A program made the position numbers and the translations under genes. A stretch of DNA of 64,000 nt from Sminthopsis crassicaudata (lineage: Eukaryota). This document shows, in pieces, positions 26,265-38,855 of this stretch (positions are counted from its first letter, which is position 1; each line of letters opens with the position of its first letter). The notes under the pieces are model-generated. The model made no database searches. It was not told where the DNA came from and saw nothing but the letters and a program-made list of their open reading frames with translations. The stretch lies in NCBI RefSeq assembly GCF_048593235.1, contig NC_133617.1:560646958-560710957 (forward strand), read 5' to 3'.

Positions 26265-26727
26265 AGTATGATAGAAAAACTACTATCTCCAGAATCAGAG
26301 GACCTGGATTCAAATCCTATGTTTGAAACTATTTGTGGGATGTTAAATTAGTCACCAAACCCTGCCATGGGCTTCAGTTTCCTCCTCTCTAAATGAAGTG
26401 TTTGGACTAGATGTCCCGTGAGTTCCATTAGAGCTCCAGATAAATGATCCTTTAATTTTATTCTGTCTCTTAGGGACAGCTAAGTGGTATAATAGTAATA
26501 GAGCCCTTGGCCTGGAGTCAGAGAGACTTGATTTCAAATCATATCTCAGAAACTTGCTAGTTATGTTATCCTGAGCAAATCATGTAACCTCTGCTGCTTC
26601 AGTTTCCTCAACTATAAAATAGGATGATAAAAGCAATTCCCTCTCAGAATTGTTGTGAGGTGATAGTTGTAAAGTCTTTAGCACAATGCTTGACATATAA
26701 TGAATGTTTAATAAATGCTTTTTTCCT
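26265..26727 (+). mobile_element. Two tandem CORE-SINEs (MIR3-like, then MIR-like with L2-type tail)
   Basis: Two tRNA-like heads (gaggacctggattcaaatcc; gagacttgatttcaaatc), two cores (cttcagtttcctc); second copy ends aataaatgctt. Confidence 0.7.
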
Positions 26728-27274
26728 TCTTCCCCAAACCTAAACCAGAACACTTAGCTATATCTCAGGTCATTAGTAATGGAGCTGTTCTCATTTTCAT
26801 TTACCTCCAACTTCTCTCCTCTTTTTTCAATCCCACAGGAAACTATTATAGGGATGACTCATTCCCCCTAAATATTTCCCAAAGCCTAGAATTTTAATTA
26901 CCATAAATTGATGTGATTATCTCACCAATTCCCAGGCAGGCAAAAAAAAAAAGCATTATCTTTGATTTCTTCCTTTTTTTCTTCCTTACATTTAATCAGT
27001 TACAAAAACCTTTCATTTACTTCCTTCATATAGCATTCATATATGTTCCTCCTCTCTTTACCACAACTGGAACTCCTAATTCAAACTATGATAATTTGCT
27101 GACTAATGATTTGAAATCAGGTCTTCTGATTCCAAGTCTAATGCTCCATCTACCTGCCACTATTAATCACCTAAGTAATCACCCTCAGTCCAAGTCTCTG
27201 CACTGTCCCTCATATGGAGATACTTTACCATCTCACCTCCATTTCCTAGCTTTCCTAACCTCCTTAACTTTAAA

Positions 27275-27714
27275 GAAGCAAGAAAAACATTGTACACAGT
27301 AATAACAAGATTACATAATCAACTGTGATGGACTTGGTTCTTTTCAACAATTGAGGTGATTCAAGGCAATTTCAATAGACTTGAGATGAAAAAGTGTCAA
27401 ATCAATTTAAAGAGAGAAATATGGAGACTGAATATGGAAAAAAGCAGAGCATTTTCACCTTTTGTTGTTGTTTGCTTGCTTGTTTTTTTATTTCTGTTTT
27501 TCCCTGTTGATCTTAATTTTTGTGCAGTATAATGAATATGGAAATATATTCAGAAGAATTGTACATGTTTGTTTCAGATTGCTTGCTGTCTTAGGGAGGG
27601 AGGAAGGGGAGCAGAGGGAGAAAAATTTGGAACACAAGGTTTTGCAAATATAAATGTTGAAAACTATCTTTGCATGTATTTGGGGGGAAAAAATACTACT
27701 AAAAAAAAAAAAAG
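27275..27714 (+). mobile_element. L1 3' UTR with poly(A) tail
   Basis: cattgtacacagtaataacaagatt...ggaacacaaggttttgcaaatataaatgttgaaaactatctttgcatgtatt...A-run. Confidence 0.88.
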
Positions 27715-28559
27715 ACAGCTCAAATACTCATTTCCTATGAGTCCTTTCCAAGTCACTTCCTTCTAAGTTTTCTTTCATAGTACTCTGTATTTGTCTTGTA
27801 GGTTGCTAGTTAACAGCTCATTGTCTCCATTCAATTATGAAATCCTTTATGCACATCATATCTCCAAGCTTAACAACAATAAATTCATATTGAATTGACT
27901 CAAAACCAAGAATGTCTGATAGTTTGGAGACCCGCCTGTTATCCATATCAGAAGATACCTGTCAAAATCTATACTTCTACCTTATTGTACCAATCATGTT
28001 TTAGATATTTACCTTCACCAAAAAATCCCAAACTAATCATACTTACAATTGGAGGTTCTTTATAAAAGTCTAGCTTTAACTGCCACCCCAACCTTTAGTC
28101 TCACAACTCCAACTGCCTTTCAGACATCTTGAACTGGATGCCCCATACACACTTTAAACTCAACATGTCCCAAACTGAGTTCTTAATCATTCCCAATAAC
28201 AATTATTCATACAACAATCAAGGTCATTTTTTTCTTAACAAATTAGACATCAAATTCTCTGAATTTTTAATTTCTTAACATCCCCTTATAAAACTAAAAA
28301 TAGCTCTTGCAAAAACTGTTATGTAATTTCATAAAATAGTCCCAAAAGCCAAGCTATTTCTAACTTATTTTATCTTCTATCTCTTGATTGATCCTTTTCC
28401 TCCTTTCTATCTAGTTCATTCATGATTAACTTACTACCTCCCTAAACTTTGAATATTCTTCTTTTGAATGTTCCATAGTAGCTTCAATTCAATTCAATTC
28501 AAGTTCTCCATTCTTCAGGACGCCTTTCTTTACAAGTGGATTATAAGGTGTTCAGAAAG

Positions 28560-31500
28560 ACATGCATATTTACAGCTTGCTGGGGAGAAATATAATTTGA
28601 GGAAAAGAATAATCTCAATGGAAAAATATCTTACAACAAAAGAAATTGAATAAAAATCCACTGAGGAAGATAAAAGCAATATGCCTAAATTTTCAAGGGT
28701 AACTAAAGTAAGAATAGAATGTTTCCAGAAATCTTCAGAATGGTCAAGGGATTCAATAAAAATATCAAAAAAAAGAGTTATTAAAATTCTTAAATAAGAA
28801 GTTAGCGAATCTAAGAAGACACAACAGAAATTCTTAAAGGTAAACATGATCTTTACTACAAATTCTCTGAAACATTAGAAATGGGGGAGGGGAAATCAGA
28901 GGCAGAAGGAAAAGTAATGCAATAATTTTTAATATTTTTTTTTGCTGAGGCAATTGGGGTTAAGTGCCTTCCCCAGGGTCACACAGCTAGGAAGTGTTAA
29001 GTGTCTGAGATCAGATTTGAACTCAGATCTTCCTGATTTCAGGGCTCAGGCTCTATTCACTGTACCACCTAGCTGCCCTAGCTTTAACAGATTAGACCTC
29101 TATGAAGAGAGAATACTGAAGAGGAAGAGATGATGCAAAAAGATAATCTAAATATAGCAGATCTTTCAAAAAAAACACAAAAAGCGTTATCAAAATCCTA
29201 TTTTAAATAATATAGAAAAATTGCCCGGAATTTTTTAAAGCAAAGTACAAATTAAGAGAAAAATCCACAAAATACCAAGTTTAAGCCACCTATAAGCATA
29301 TTAAATAAATTTCAGAACAATAATATCAAAGAACAAATATTAAAGGCAAGGAGGGGAAAATTCCCAAACTCAGGAGAGTCAAGTAGAATACTGCTAGATC
29401 ACTGTACTTTGGAAAAAAGAAAGAAAAATTCTAATAACATATATAAAAGCACAAACTAAATCAACTTACATATTAAAAAAATTCTACTAGCCTAAATCTA
29501 AGCATCAAAGAAAATAATTCAACATTCAGAAAAAAGAAAGACTATTAGGCATGCCTACAAATGATGTCAGGGGTGAACAGAGCATTTAACATGAAAACTG
29601 GCCAGCAGAAATTAAAAACTTTTAGAAAGTAATTAAAGATTCATAAATTAAATATTTGTTTTCATGTGGTCAAGACTGAACAAGATATGACTGTGAAGTA
29701 GGGTAATATTTGGATTTTTATTTCATTGTTTTAACTAACTCAAAAGTATTCAGAACACAAAGAAAGAAGGCAAAGACAAAATATCAATAAGCTAAAGAAT
29801 CTAAAAAGCAAAAAGAATAATTGGGGGAATAAGGATAATAATAAAAAAGAAGTGAATTAATATTTCAACCAAAAAAATCTTAATTCCTTAATTAGTAAAG
29901 CAGTATTACAGACACATGGGATAATATACAGAGGAAGATTCTCAGATTAAGAAGAGAGAGATGGAAAACAAAGGGGGGTCCAGTTAATTCTGGTCAGGAC
30001 TACAAAGAAGCAGTATATAGGAGATTTTCATTCTCTTCCTTTGCTTTTAGAATTGTACAAGAATAAGAATAGAATATAGGGAAAGAAAACAGGCAAAAAT
30101 GAGAACAGTATACAGCTAGCTGAAAGAATACTCTCTGACAGCATTGAAGAGTAACCCCACAGAAGTCAGAGAAGGTAATATGAGAATCTTACAACAAACT
30201 CCTGGACACTACAGGTAATAAGCTTCTACATCATAGAATTAAATATCTCCATATTTTAATTCAATTAGAAAGAGAAAAATGACTGGGAACTCAATTTTGA
30301 TATTATTCAAAGGTCTGAGCAGGGGTCATAGATGCAAACAGAAGTTGAGATAATAGTAAAAGGGATAAATGATGATGGGGGTGGGGGCAAGGAGACAAAC
30401 AAGATTGGGTCCCTAGACCGTGATTACTTATAGATCATTTCCCACTATACTTTCTTTGAGAGTTAACATTCTCTGATATAGATTTAGAATATCTTAAAAG
30501 GAGAATACAATAAGAAAAGGAGTGAAATGAAAATAACACCTTGAAAGTAGTGTAATATACTTGTGAGAGCATTAAAAACTCATATCACTGAAATAAAAAA
30601 AATATTTGAGATGTGAAATTGACCAGAAGAATTTGGTATTCCCTGTTTCCAAAGTTAGTAAAGAGCAAAATAATAAAGAAAGAATAATGATGATTTTAAA
30701 AATAAGCTCAAAGAATTTTGAGATTACTATAGTATTAGTTGTTTGGGTTTTTTTAATAAAGAGTAGATCAGTGGAATGATAAATAAGAAATCAAAGCAAT
30801 TAAAAAGAACTGTAAATACTAGTTTGAGAAAATTTTTAACAAGAATTGCTAGAAAAATTAAAAAGTAATTTGGCATAAATTAGGATTAGATCATCACCTT
30901 CTATTATGTGTCACAAGTTGAAAATTAGTACATATCCTCTATGTATACCTATATCAAAGATCCCACCATTAAATTTTTGAATGGAACAAAAATCAAGAGC
31001 CTTTCAAAGCTATGTTTAAAAGGATAATTCTTATCTAATAATATGTAAAAATCTAAAGTCTAAATAAAGTAAAATATTTTGACTAAAAAGTTTAAATTAT
31101 GAATGATTTAGTGAAAATATAATTAGAAGAAAGATTATGATGTGGGGAAAATATTTTTTCAGATATCAATAATAAAAACAGCATCCAAGGTATATAAGGG
31201 ATTGGTACATACCTATATTATCAAATATAAACTGAGGAATTGGTCAGAGGAAATGAACACAAAACTTTTTTTTTTTCAAAGAGTAATTGTAAACCAGAAA
31301 TGGCCATATGGAAAAATGTCACCCAATTCATAACAGAAATGAAAATTTGAGCAACTCTGAAATTTCACCTCACATCATGAAAAATAACACAGCTGAAGAA
31401 AAAACAAAAAGAAAGGAAATAATAAATGGTGCGTAGACTAAGAAGACAGGTATAGTAATACACTGTTTGTTGGAACTATGAATTGGCCCAATATAATTAT

Positions 31501-31900
31501 AGTTAGCCTATTAGGCCTATACATATAGGCCTGATTGACCAGACCTTTCAAACAAGCAAACCTACTACTGGATATATAGTCCCCAAGAATATCAATACAT
31601 ATGCAAAGGTATAATATACATCAAAATATTCATAGTAGTATTTTTGTCATAAGTGCCCAAACAACAAAGCAAATATCTGGGAAATAATTGAAAAAAGCCA
31701 TGATTGTAATACATTATTATATGGTAAGAAATATGAGGAATTCCAAAAAACATGAGAAAACTTATAAGAACTGAGACAAAGTAAAATAAGAATGAAAAGA
31801 TTCATTGTAAATAATAATTATAACAATGCAAATAAAAATAAAATCCAAAGGAATTTTGTATGACTGAAAAACAAAAAATAAAGAATCTAAAGAACAAGTA
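28560..31900 (+). mobile_element. Ancient L1-derived element: ORF1 relic plus ORF2 C-terminal relic, lacking EN/RT (HAL1-like or internally deleted L1)
   Basis: Near 29130 KDNLNIADLS and near 29310 NKFQNNNIKEQILKAR resemble L1 ORF1; near 30760 RVDQWN and near 30870 IWHKLGLDHHL resemble the ORF2 C-terminal region; 3' UTR-like sequence to ~31900. Confidence 0.55.
28935..29078 (-). mobile_element. WSINE1-type SINE, full length, relatively young
   Basis: tttttgctgaggcaattggggttaagtg...cagggtcacacagctaggaagtgttaagtgtctgag...gtaccacctagctgccc. Confidence 0.9.
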
Positions 31901-32294
31901 TCTTACAATACTGGGACAGAGTATTACAAACGATGATCAGAAATAGTCACTGAATTGGATATTTTTATTTGCCACATGAGGACCCAATTTGAAGATTTTT
32001 CCCCTCAGCAGTAAATGTGATTTGGGAACAAAGTAGGATTTGGGAACAAAAACATAAAATACATTATAAATAAGTACAACTATTGAGAATGTCTTAAGTC
32101 AAAAATACCTGGATTCATTTCCCACTTCTGGAAATATTCTGGCCATGTCAATTAACCTCTTTCATTGCTCTAGGCAATTCTGGTCTATAATATGCAGAGA
32201 AATCAGTAATCTCTCTTAATGTAGTTTTCTCTTCTGGAAGTTTCCTGTATCATTTAAATAAAGTGTAGACCTTGTGACTTAAAAAATATTTTTA

Positions 32295-32380
32295 AGTTAA
32301 GAACAAGCTATGCTAAAAAAAAATCCATTTTTTGATAGAGTGACTAGATTGGTAATTCAAGAGAACACTGTAGACACAGA
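32295..32380 (+). mobile_element. CR1/L3 RT-region fragment
   Basis: ttaagaacaagctatgct...tttttgatagagtgactagattggtaattcaagagaacactgtagac. Confidence 0.55.
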
Positions 32381-32510
32381 ATGCTCATTTCTTACTGAAC
32401 CAATTTCATACATAGAATGTGTGTATTTTCAATGTAGTTTACAAATATGTCCACATGGGATTGTCTAATTCTGGGAAGCCTTTGATAGACACATCAGGAA
32501 TCTATCTCAC

Positions 32511-32539
32511 CTTTCTCCAAGAGAAATTTTGATTCCTTC
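32511..32539 (-). CDS. Candidate 29-nt microexon, (R)KESKFLLEK(D) in the phase 2 to 1 frame
   Basis: Strong acceptor ctccttctcttatatccttctag and donor AAG/gtgaga; all three frames open; unique sequence. Confidence 0.3.
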
Positions 32540-33769
32540 CTAGAAGGATATAAGAGAAGGAGCCAGAAGACTGGACACTCTGCTCCTCCTCAGAGAGTTG
32601 GTACCAAACTAGAATTATTATCTCTTTGTCATCTTCCTAAAAATGATGCTTGTCTAGGGAAAATTATTTTTTCCTGGTTATTACCCCTCATGTAGAAGAA
32701 GTACCCTACACTTGTATCTGAAAATTTTACCTCTTCCAACAAATGCTAGTTACACACACCAAAAAAAAAAAAAAAAAAAAAAAAAGGAAAGGAAAGACAA
32801 AGAAGAAAAAAGAGCATCTCAAACATTAAATACCGAGTAAATCCATTCATTCAAGTAGATAGCAAACAAAAATCAGGGAAATTATATAGATTAGAATATG
32901 CTAGGTAATACATAGTAAATGAGCTCTCTTACTGGGATCAAGATATCTCAGTTAAAGCATTTCATTCCTTGAATGAAAAAATCCCCTGAAGACTCTAGGG
33001 AAGCAAGCTGGACATCAAGTTCTGGCTGTCTTTTCTTTCCCTCTCCAGAGTCTGGAATAATGCATGCCTTCCCTCAAACAGGAAAGAAGAAATCCTTTCC
33101 CTTCTCGATTTCACTCATCAACCCAACTCTCCCCACACACATATACAGTATCAAGTTATCATTCCCTCCATTAATGAGAAGAGTTTTATAAAAATGCTCC
33201 AGTCTTGAACCCAGGGTTATAATATAGCATGTTATCCTCAAAGACAATAATGCATATTGTCATATAAATGGTTGATAATATAACTATGTGGATTCAGAAC
33301 TGCTTCAATAACTCAAAAATAATCATTAATAAAACAATGTGAATGTGGAAACAATAGATTTTAGAGTTCAGGGGAAAATCAGACATCACCTAATCCAATA
33401 ACTTTCTTTTATAGATGGGAAAACAAAGACTCAGGAAATATCCCAGGACTTCCTTAAAAGACTTCCCCAAGGTCACACAACAATAAAATTGAATAGGTGG
33501 AATTTGAATAAGGTATTATGAGTCCTATCCAATGCACCACTAGATGTATTTATTGTACTTATGATTTTTACTCTACCTCCTTCCAAAAAGTATGTGATGG
33601 ATATTATGAATGTGAATATGTGTACCACTTAGAGGCCTTACATGGACTCTTCAGAGCCAGAAAAATCCTATTGCTGCCACAGACTGGCTATAGCACCCTA
33701 TGAAAGTTCTTGAATCCCCCAGTATTCCAGACAAATATCCAAGATTACAAATTGCCAAAAAGTTTCTGA

Positions 33770-34315
33770 TCTCATAAAAGAGGGAAAAGAATCCACATGT
33801 ACAGAAAAGCAGATCTTTTTTGTAGTGGCAAAAAAAATTGGAAATTGAATGGATGTCCATTATGGAATGGCTAACATGTTATGGCATATGACTGTAACAG
33901 AATATTATTGTTCTATAAGAAATTGAGCAGCCTGATTTCAGAATAGCCTGGAAAGACTTAGATGAACTAATGCTGAATGAAGTGAACAGAAGCAAGAGAA
34001 TATTGTACACAGTAACAAGAAGATTATGAGATGATCAACTGTGATCTTTTCAACAACGAAGTAATTCAAGGCAATTCAAATCATAATATTTTTTGTTTCT
34101 TCATTTGTTTTTCTTTCTCATGTTTTCCCCTTTTGTCTGATTTTTCTTGTACAATATGACAAATATGAAAATATGTTTAAAAGGATTATACATATTTAAC
34201 CTATATCAAATTGCTTGCTATCTTGGGGAGGGAAGAAGATAAGAAAGAGGGGGAGAAACATTTGAAATGCAAAATCTTGCAAAAAAAAATGTATGTTGGA
34301 AACTAAAAAAATACT
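33770..34315 (+). mobile_element. L1 3' end (ORF2 tail plus 3' UTR)
   Basis: ataaaagagggaaaagaatccacatgtac...gatttcagaatagcctggaaagacttagatgaactaatgctga. Confidence 0.85.
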
Positions 34316-34392
34316 TATTTTTTTTCTGAAAGAGTTACCCATCTGCAATGGTATATGGGCAGAGAGAGTTCCCCTCACCAATGAAATCAGAG

Positions 34393-34538
34393 NNNNNNNN
34401 NNNNNNNNNNNNNNNNNNNNNNNNNNNNNNNNNNNNNNNNNNNNNNNNNNNNNNNNNNNNNNNNNNNNNNNNNNNNNNNNNNNNNNNNNNNNNNNNNNNN
34501 NNNNNNNNNNNNNNNNNNNNNNNNNNNNNNNNNNNNNN
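34393..34538. other. Assembly gap (146 N)
   Basis: Run of N. Confidence 1.
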
Positions 34539-34942
34539 TATATTCTGCAAAATCATGTCAACCCTGAAACTCATACCTCCTGGGTACTTTCTACCCTTTC
34601 CTCATCCTCATTTAAAAAAAAAAAAAAATGAATAGACAGCAGAGAGCTCCTCCCACATTTTAAAGACAACAGTAGGCTGTTCTCTTTAATTTATCATTTC
34701 TTACCTGGCTATCCTTTGCTGGACTTCATGAAATCACATAAACCCCCACACTTAAATATCCTTATTCCCTTTTCAAATTATTTTGTGTGTGGTCTCCTGC
34801 CATCAGATTTTGAGCAATTCAATGATAGGAACTGTCTTTGGTCTTTCTATTTACTATTTGTATGTGGATAGATAAATAAATAGAAAAAGAACATGTACAT
34901 ACACACATGTGGTTGTATATATGTTTGTACATCTGTAGTTAT

Positions 34943-35151
34943 NNNNNNNNNNNNNNNNNNNNNNNNNNNNNNNNNNNNNNNNNNNNNNNNNNNNNNNNNN
35001 NNNNNNNNNNNNNNNNNNNNNNNNNNNNNNNNNNNNNNNNNNNNNNNNNNNNNNNNNNNNNNNNNNNNNNNNNNNNNNNNNNNNNNNNNNNNNNNNNNNN
35101 NNNNNNNNNNNNNNNNNNNNNNNNNNNNNNNNNNNNNNNNNNNNNNNNNNN
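34943..35151. other. Assembly gap (209 N)
   Basis: Run of N. Confidence 1.
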
Positions 35152-35269
35152 NTAAGATTATGTGGCTCCAGTGAAATATCATGGGCCAACTATCAGTTAT
35201 CCCTTGATTTTGCCACATGACAATCTCACCCTCTTATATCTATAGACCCCTTAAATTACATTTTTAAGT

Positions 35270-35471
35270 TAGTAATGTCAAAGTCCATTAGAACCAGGAC
35301 TACTAAACTGTAAATAAAGATCCCTGTGACCACATATTGACTTATCGACATGTTAACATTATCTAAACTGTACTACATATTTTTTACTTTGTTAAATATT
35401 TCCTATTTACATTTTAATCTGATTTAGGCTGCACTTAAGAGGTTTTAGGCCAAAATTTTTTTACATCTCTG
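35270..35471. mobile_element. hAT-superfamily MITE (~200 bp)
   Basis: Degenerate TIRs tagtaatgtcaaa / ttttacatctctg; body gatccctgtgaccacatattgactta...ttgttaaatatttcctatttacattttaatctg; flanking 8-mers ttttaagt / cattaagc share ttaag. Confidence 0.55.
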
Positions 35472-36620
35472 CATTAAGCCATTTTTTCCTCTATAGCCCA
35501 CAAAACATAGGAGATTCTCAGTAAATATCTGCACCCTGATTAACTAAAAAAATGAACAATGTCTATTAGCAAACATGACTCCCTTCTGGCTATCTATACC
35601 ATACATCTCATTAAACTATTTAAAAACTGTATCTGCTTTGTGCATGATGAATAATAAGAGTCCAAATAGAAATTTTAAATTCAGGATACCAAATTGAAGG
35701 GGGGAAAGTACTAAACAGCTTCCATGAGCCTAATTATTTAATCCATTAGTCATGGTTCTTGTTGATCCTTTAGACTCTAAATCAAAATATAAAAAATTTG
35801 GGGGGAAATTGAAACAGAATGAAATAAATAAATAAAAGAAACTAAGGCAATGACTATTGTGACATTTTAACAAATACACATAGGGGTAAAGATCAGACAG
35901 AGGGGCTTTTTATGCTACTAGATTCAATAACTCACTCTGAAAGAAAATTAATAATATCAGATTTCCTTATGGGAGAAAATAGACAGCCTTTTGTAACATT
36001 TATGAATATTCTATTTTATTATGTCTTCTTATAGCTCATATTACAATTCTGGACAGATGTTCACCAGCTGACAACACAACTCTCTGAGGTTTATACAGAA
36101 TATATAGAAGTCAGGGCACTTGAAAACGATGCCCAAGTTCATGAGTTCATTAAAAATTATGGAGAAAATTTTCAAATTCTCCCTCTCATTTACTCTGGTA
36201 TGTGTTTGAGATTTTTACCCTTAAACACATATTCAATCCATTTTTCATAGCTATGTTATATTGGAGAATTTTTCCAGTAATCATTAAAATTATAAAAGAA
36301 AAATAGGAAATGAAAATATATGTACATATGCCATAAATATGTGTGTATATGTATATATGTGTACATTGATACATTGTATCACCATTGAACTAGGGGACAA
36401 AATTAGACATTCTGGTTTCTAATGTGTAAAATAACAATTAAGATCTTTTTAGTTTTTAAAGTTTAGAATCAAGATAACTAATGTTTGTTTCAATTTAGAT
36501 ATTTTTTCCATGGGGGAAGATAGGTTCCATGGCTATAAGAAGAGAACTGTCCTATTTCAAAAGTAATATTATTAAACTCCCTAATTTTAAATGGATCATT
36601 AGTAAAGTGAAATTTATTGT

Positions 36621-36850
36621 GGGGCAGTTAAATGGGACAATGTAGGATTTAAAACTAACAAAACCAGAGTTTGAATCCTACTTCAGACTTTTATTAGCTG
36701 TGTGACTCTACATATATATATCACTAAACATCTCTATGCATTAATTTCTTCATCTATAAATTTGGTATAACCTATCTCATAGGGTTATGGTGAATGATAT
36801 AACATGTAAAGCACTTTTGCATTACAAAAATGCTACCTATTGTTATTATG
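36621..36850 (+). mobile_element. MIR-type CORE-SINE
   Basis: gagtttgaatcctacttcagac...tagctgtgtgac...cctatctcatagggttatggtga...gtaaagcact. Confidence 0.7.
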
Positions 36851-36999
36851 TTCACCTTAGAACTTGAAAGCAACCACGTTCAACAAATCAATGGTGAATA
36901 CCACTCTTAATGATTTTTTAATGTTTTACTCTATTTACTTACTCCCTATTCTTCTTGCCTTTCTCCTTATAGAGAGATATGACTGCTATGGCAACTCTC

Positions 37000-37100
37000 C
37001 ACTCGAAGCAATTGTCCTCTTTGGAAGTCTTCAAGTAGAGGCTAGAAGACAACTTGTTGGGCATATTGTAGAGGAAAATGTCTATTAAGGCACAAATTGG
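37000..37100 (+). mobile_element. CR1/L3 3' fragment
   Basis: ttggaagtcttcaagtagaggctagaagacaacttgttgggcatattgtagagg. Confidence 0.6.
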
Positions 37101-37453
37101 ACAAGAAGACCTCTAGTTTTGAGATTGTCCAGTTCAAGGAATAGAGCATTCCTATTAAAATATAGACAGATTACACAAACCTGAAAGGCATGGAGTCTTT
37201 TGGAGTACAGAGTATAGCTGCCTCATCTTAACCTTTGTCCTGAAAATGGATGCCTTCCCTCCCTTAAAACTGAAGTTCTATCCCTGTGTCTTGGGCTTTG
37301 CTTAGTGTTTGAGAGAGCCATCAATCTAGCATAATGGCATATGTATAGGTAGAAGTAAAATATGTATCAATAGATTTGAATCCAGTTAGTGAGTTGGATT
37401 TAACAGTCACTAATAGCAACCTGATAATTGTCTATTTTAATTTAGTCTTGGAA

Positions 37454-38296
37454 TAATGATAAAGGTGGGAAGGGGTGTGAGAAAACTGAGACACTAATAC
37501 ATTGTTGATGGAGTTCTGAACTGATCCAGCCATGCTGGAGAGTAATTTAGAACTATGCCCAAAGATTTATAAAACTGCATAACCTTTGATCTAACAGTGT
37601 CTCTATTGGGTCTATATTCCCAAGACATCATAAAAAAGAAAAAAGAACTCACATGTACAAAAATGTTTTTATAGTGGCAAGGAACTGGAAATTGAGTAGA
37701 TTTCTATTAATCGTGAAATGGTCAGATAAACTACAGTATATGAATGTAATGGACTATTATCATTCTATAAGAAAAGACGGATAGACTGATTATAGAAAGG
37801 CCTAGAAAGACTTATATGAACTGATGCTAAGTGAAGTAAGCAGAATCAAGAGAACATTGTATATAACAAGAAGATTATGTGAAAATCAACTATGATGGGT
37901 TTGGCTCTTTTCAATAGTGAGGTGATTCGAGGCAATTCCAATAGACTTGTGATGGAAAGATCTGCATCCAAAGAAAGAACTATGAAGTCTGAATGTAGAT
38001 CACAGCATGTACTTTCACCTTTTTTGTTGTTGTTTGCTTGTTTGTTTTTTTTCTTTCTCATTTTTTTGCTCTTGATCTGATTTATCTTACACAGCATGAT
38101 AATGATGGAAATCTATTTAGAAGTATTGTACATGTTTAACCTATATTGTATTACTTCCTGTCTAAAACAATAGAGAGGCAGAAAGGGAAGAAGAAATTTT
38201 GGAACACAAGATTTTTGCAAGGATGACTGTTGAAAACTATCTTTGCATGTATTTTGAAAAATAAAAGGCTATTATTAAAAAATAAAAATAAAATAT
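37454..38296 (+). mobile_element. 5'-truncated L1 (~840 bp) with perfect 13-bp TSD
   Basis: ORF2 C-terminus plus 3' UTR plus A-rich tail; tttagtcttggaa at 37441-37453 and 38297-38309. Confidence 0.92.
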
Positions 38297-38375
38297 TTTA
38301 GTCTTGGAACTGAATGCACTTTGGAGTGTACAAAGTAAAAAGTACTGTGGGTATCATGAGGCAGTATAAAATAAT

Positions 38376-38635
38376 AGGGGCAATTAGGTGACTCAGTGAG
38401 ACAATATGTCAGTCCTGGAGTCTTCTTGACTCATCAGGGAAGGCTGAGTTCAAATCTAGCTCCAGACATTTACTAGCTCTGTGAGTCAGGACAAGTCACT
38501 TAACCTTGTTTTCTTCAGCTTCATCTCTAAAATGAACTAGAAAAGGAAATGGCAAACCACTTCAATATATTTGCCAAAAAACAACACATATTGGGTTATG
38601 AAGAGATAAACAAATGACTGAAAAACAACAATAAA
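38376..38635 (+). mobile_element. Mar1-type CORE-SINE, full length
   Basis: ggggcaattaggtgactcagtg head, gagttcaaatctagctccagac B-box region, aaggaaatggcaaaccact tail. Confidence 0.85.
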
Positions 38636-38679
38636 AAATAATAGAAAACCTTGGAGTCAAAAAAGGTGGAAGAGAAAAC

Positions 38680-38855
38680 AAAACAAACATTTATTAGGCA
38701 CCTGCCATGTCTCAGCACTGTGCTAAGAGCTTTAAAAATGATCTTATTTGATTCTCACAACAACTCTTGGAGGTAAACATCACTGTAATCATTTTACAGT
38801 TGAGAAGACTTATAAAGGCAAAGGTAAAAGACACTTGAATTTGAATCCAAGCTCC
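38680..38855 (-). mobile_element. CORE-SINE with L2-type tail
   Basis: aaacatttattaggcacctgccatgtctcagcactgtgctaag...tttgattctcacaacaactc. Confidence 0.65.

Noticed and set aside
26913-27302. 129-aa ORF, one of the longest
   Set aside because: Runs through an L2 fragment, a SINE fragment and the start of an L1 3' UTR, so it is a chance open frame.
6446-32050. Micro-duplications tgtgaatatagaa x2 (6446) and gatttgggaacaaa x2 (32019)
   Set aside because: Typical replication-slippage or repair duplications with no sign of function.
700-34710. Consensus donor motifs near 707, 3058, 8022 and 34700
   Set aside because: They lie within L2/MIR relics and have no matching acceptor with an open frame.
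34293-35218. ORFs of 79-123 aa containing X runs, and ORF 7623-7817
   Set aside because: Artefacts of translating across N gaps.
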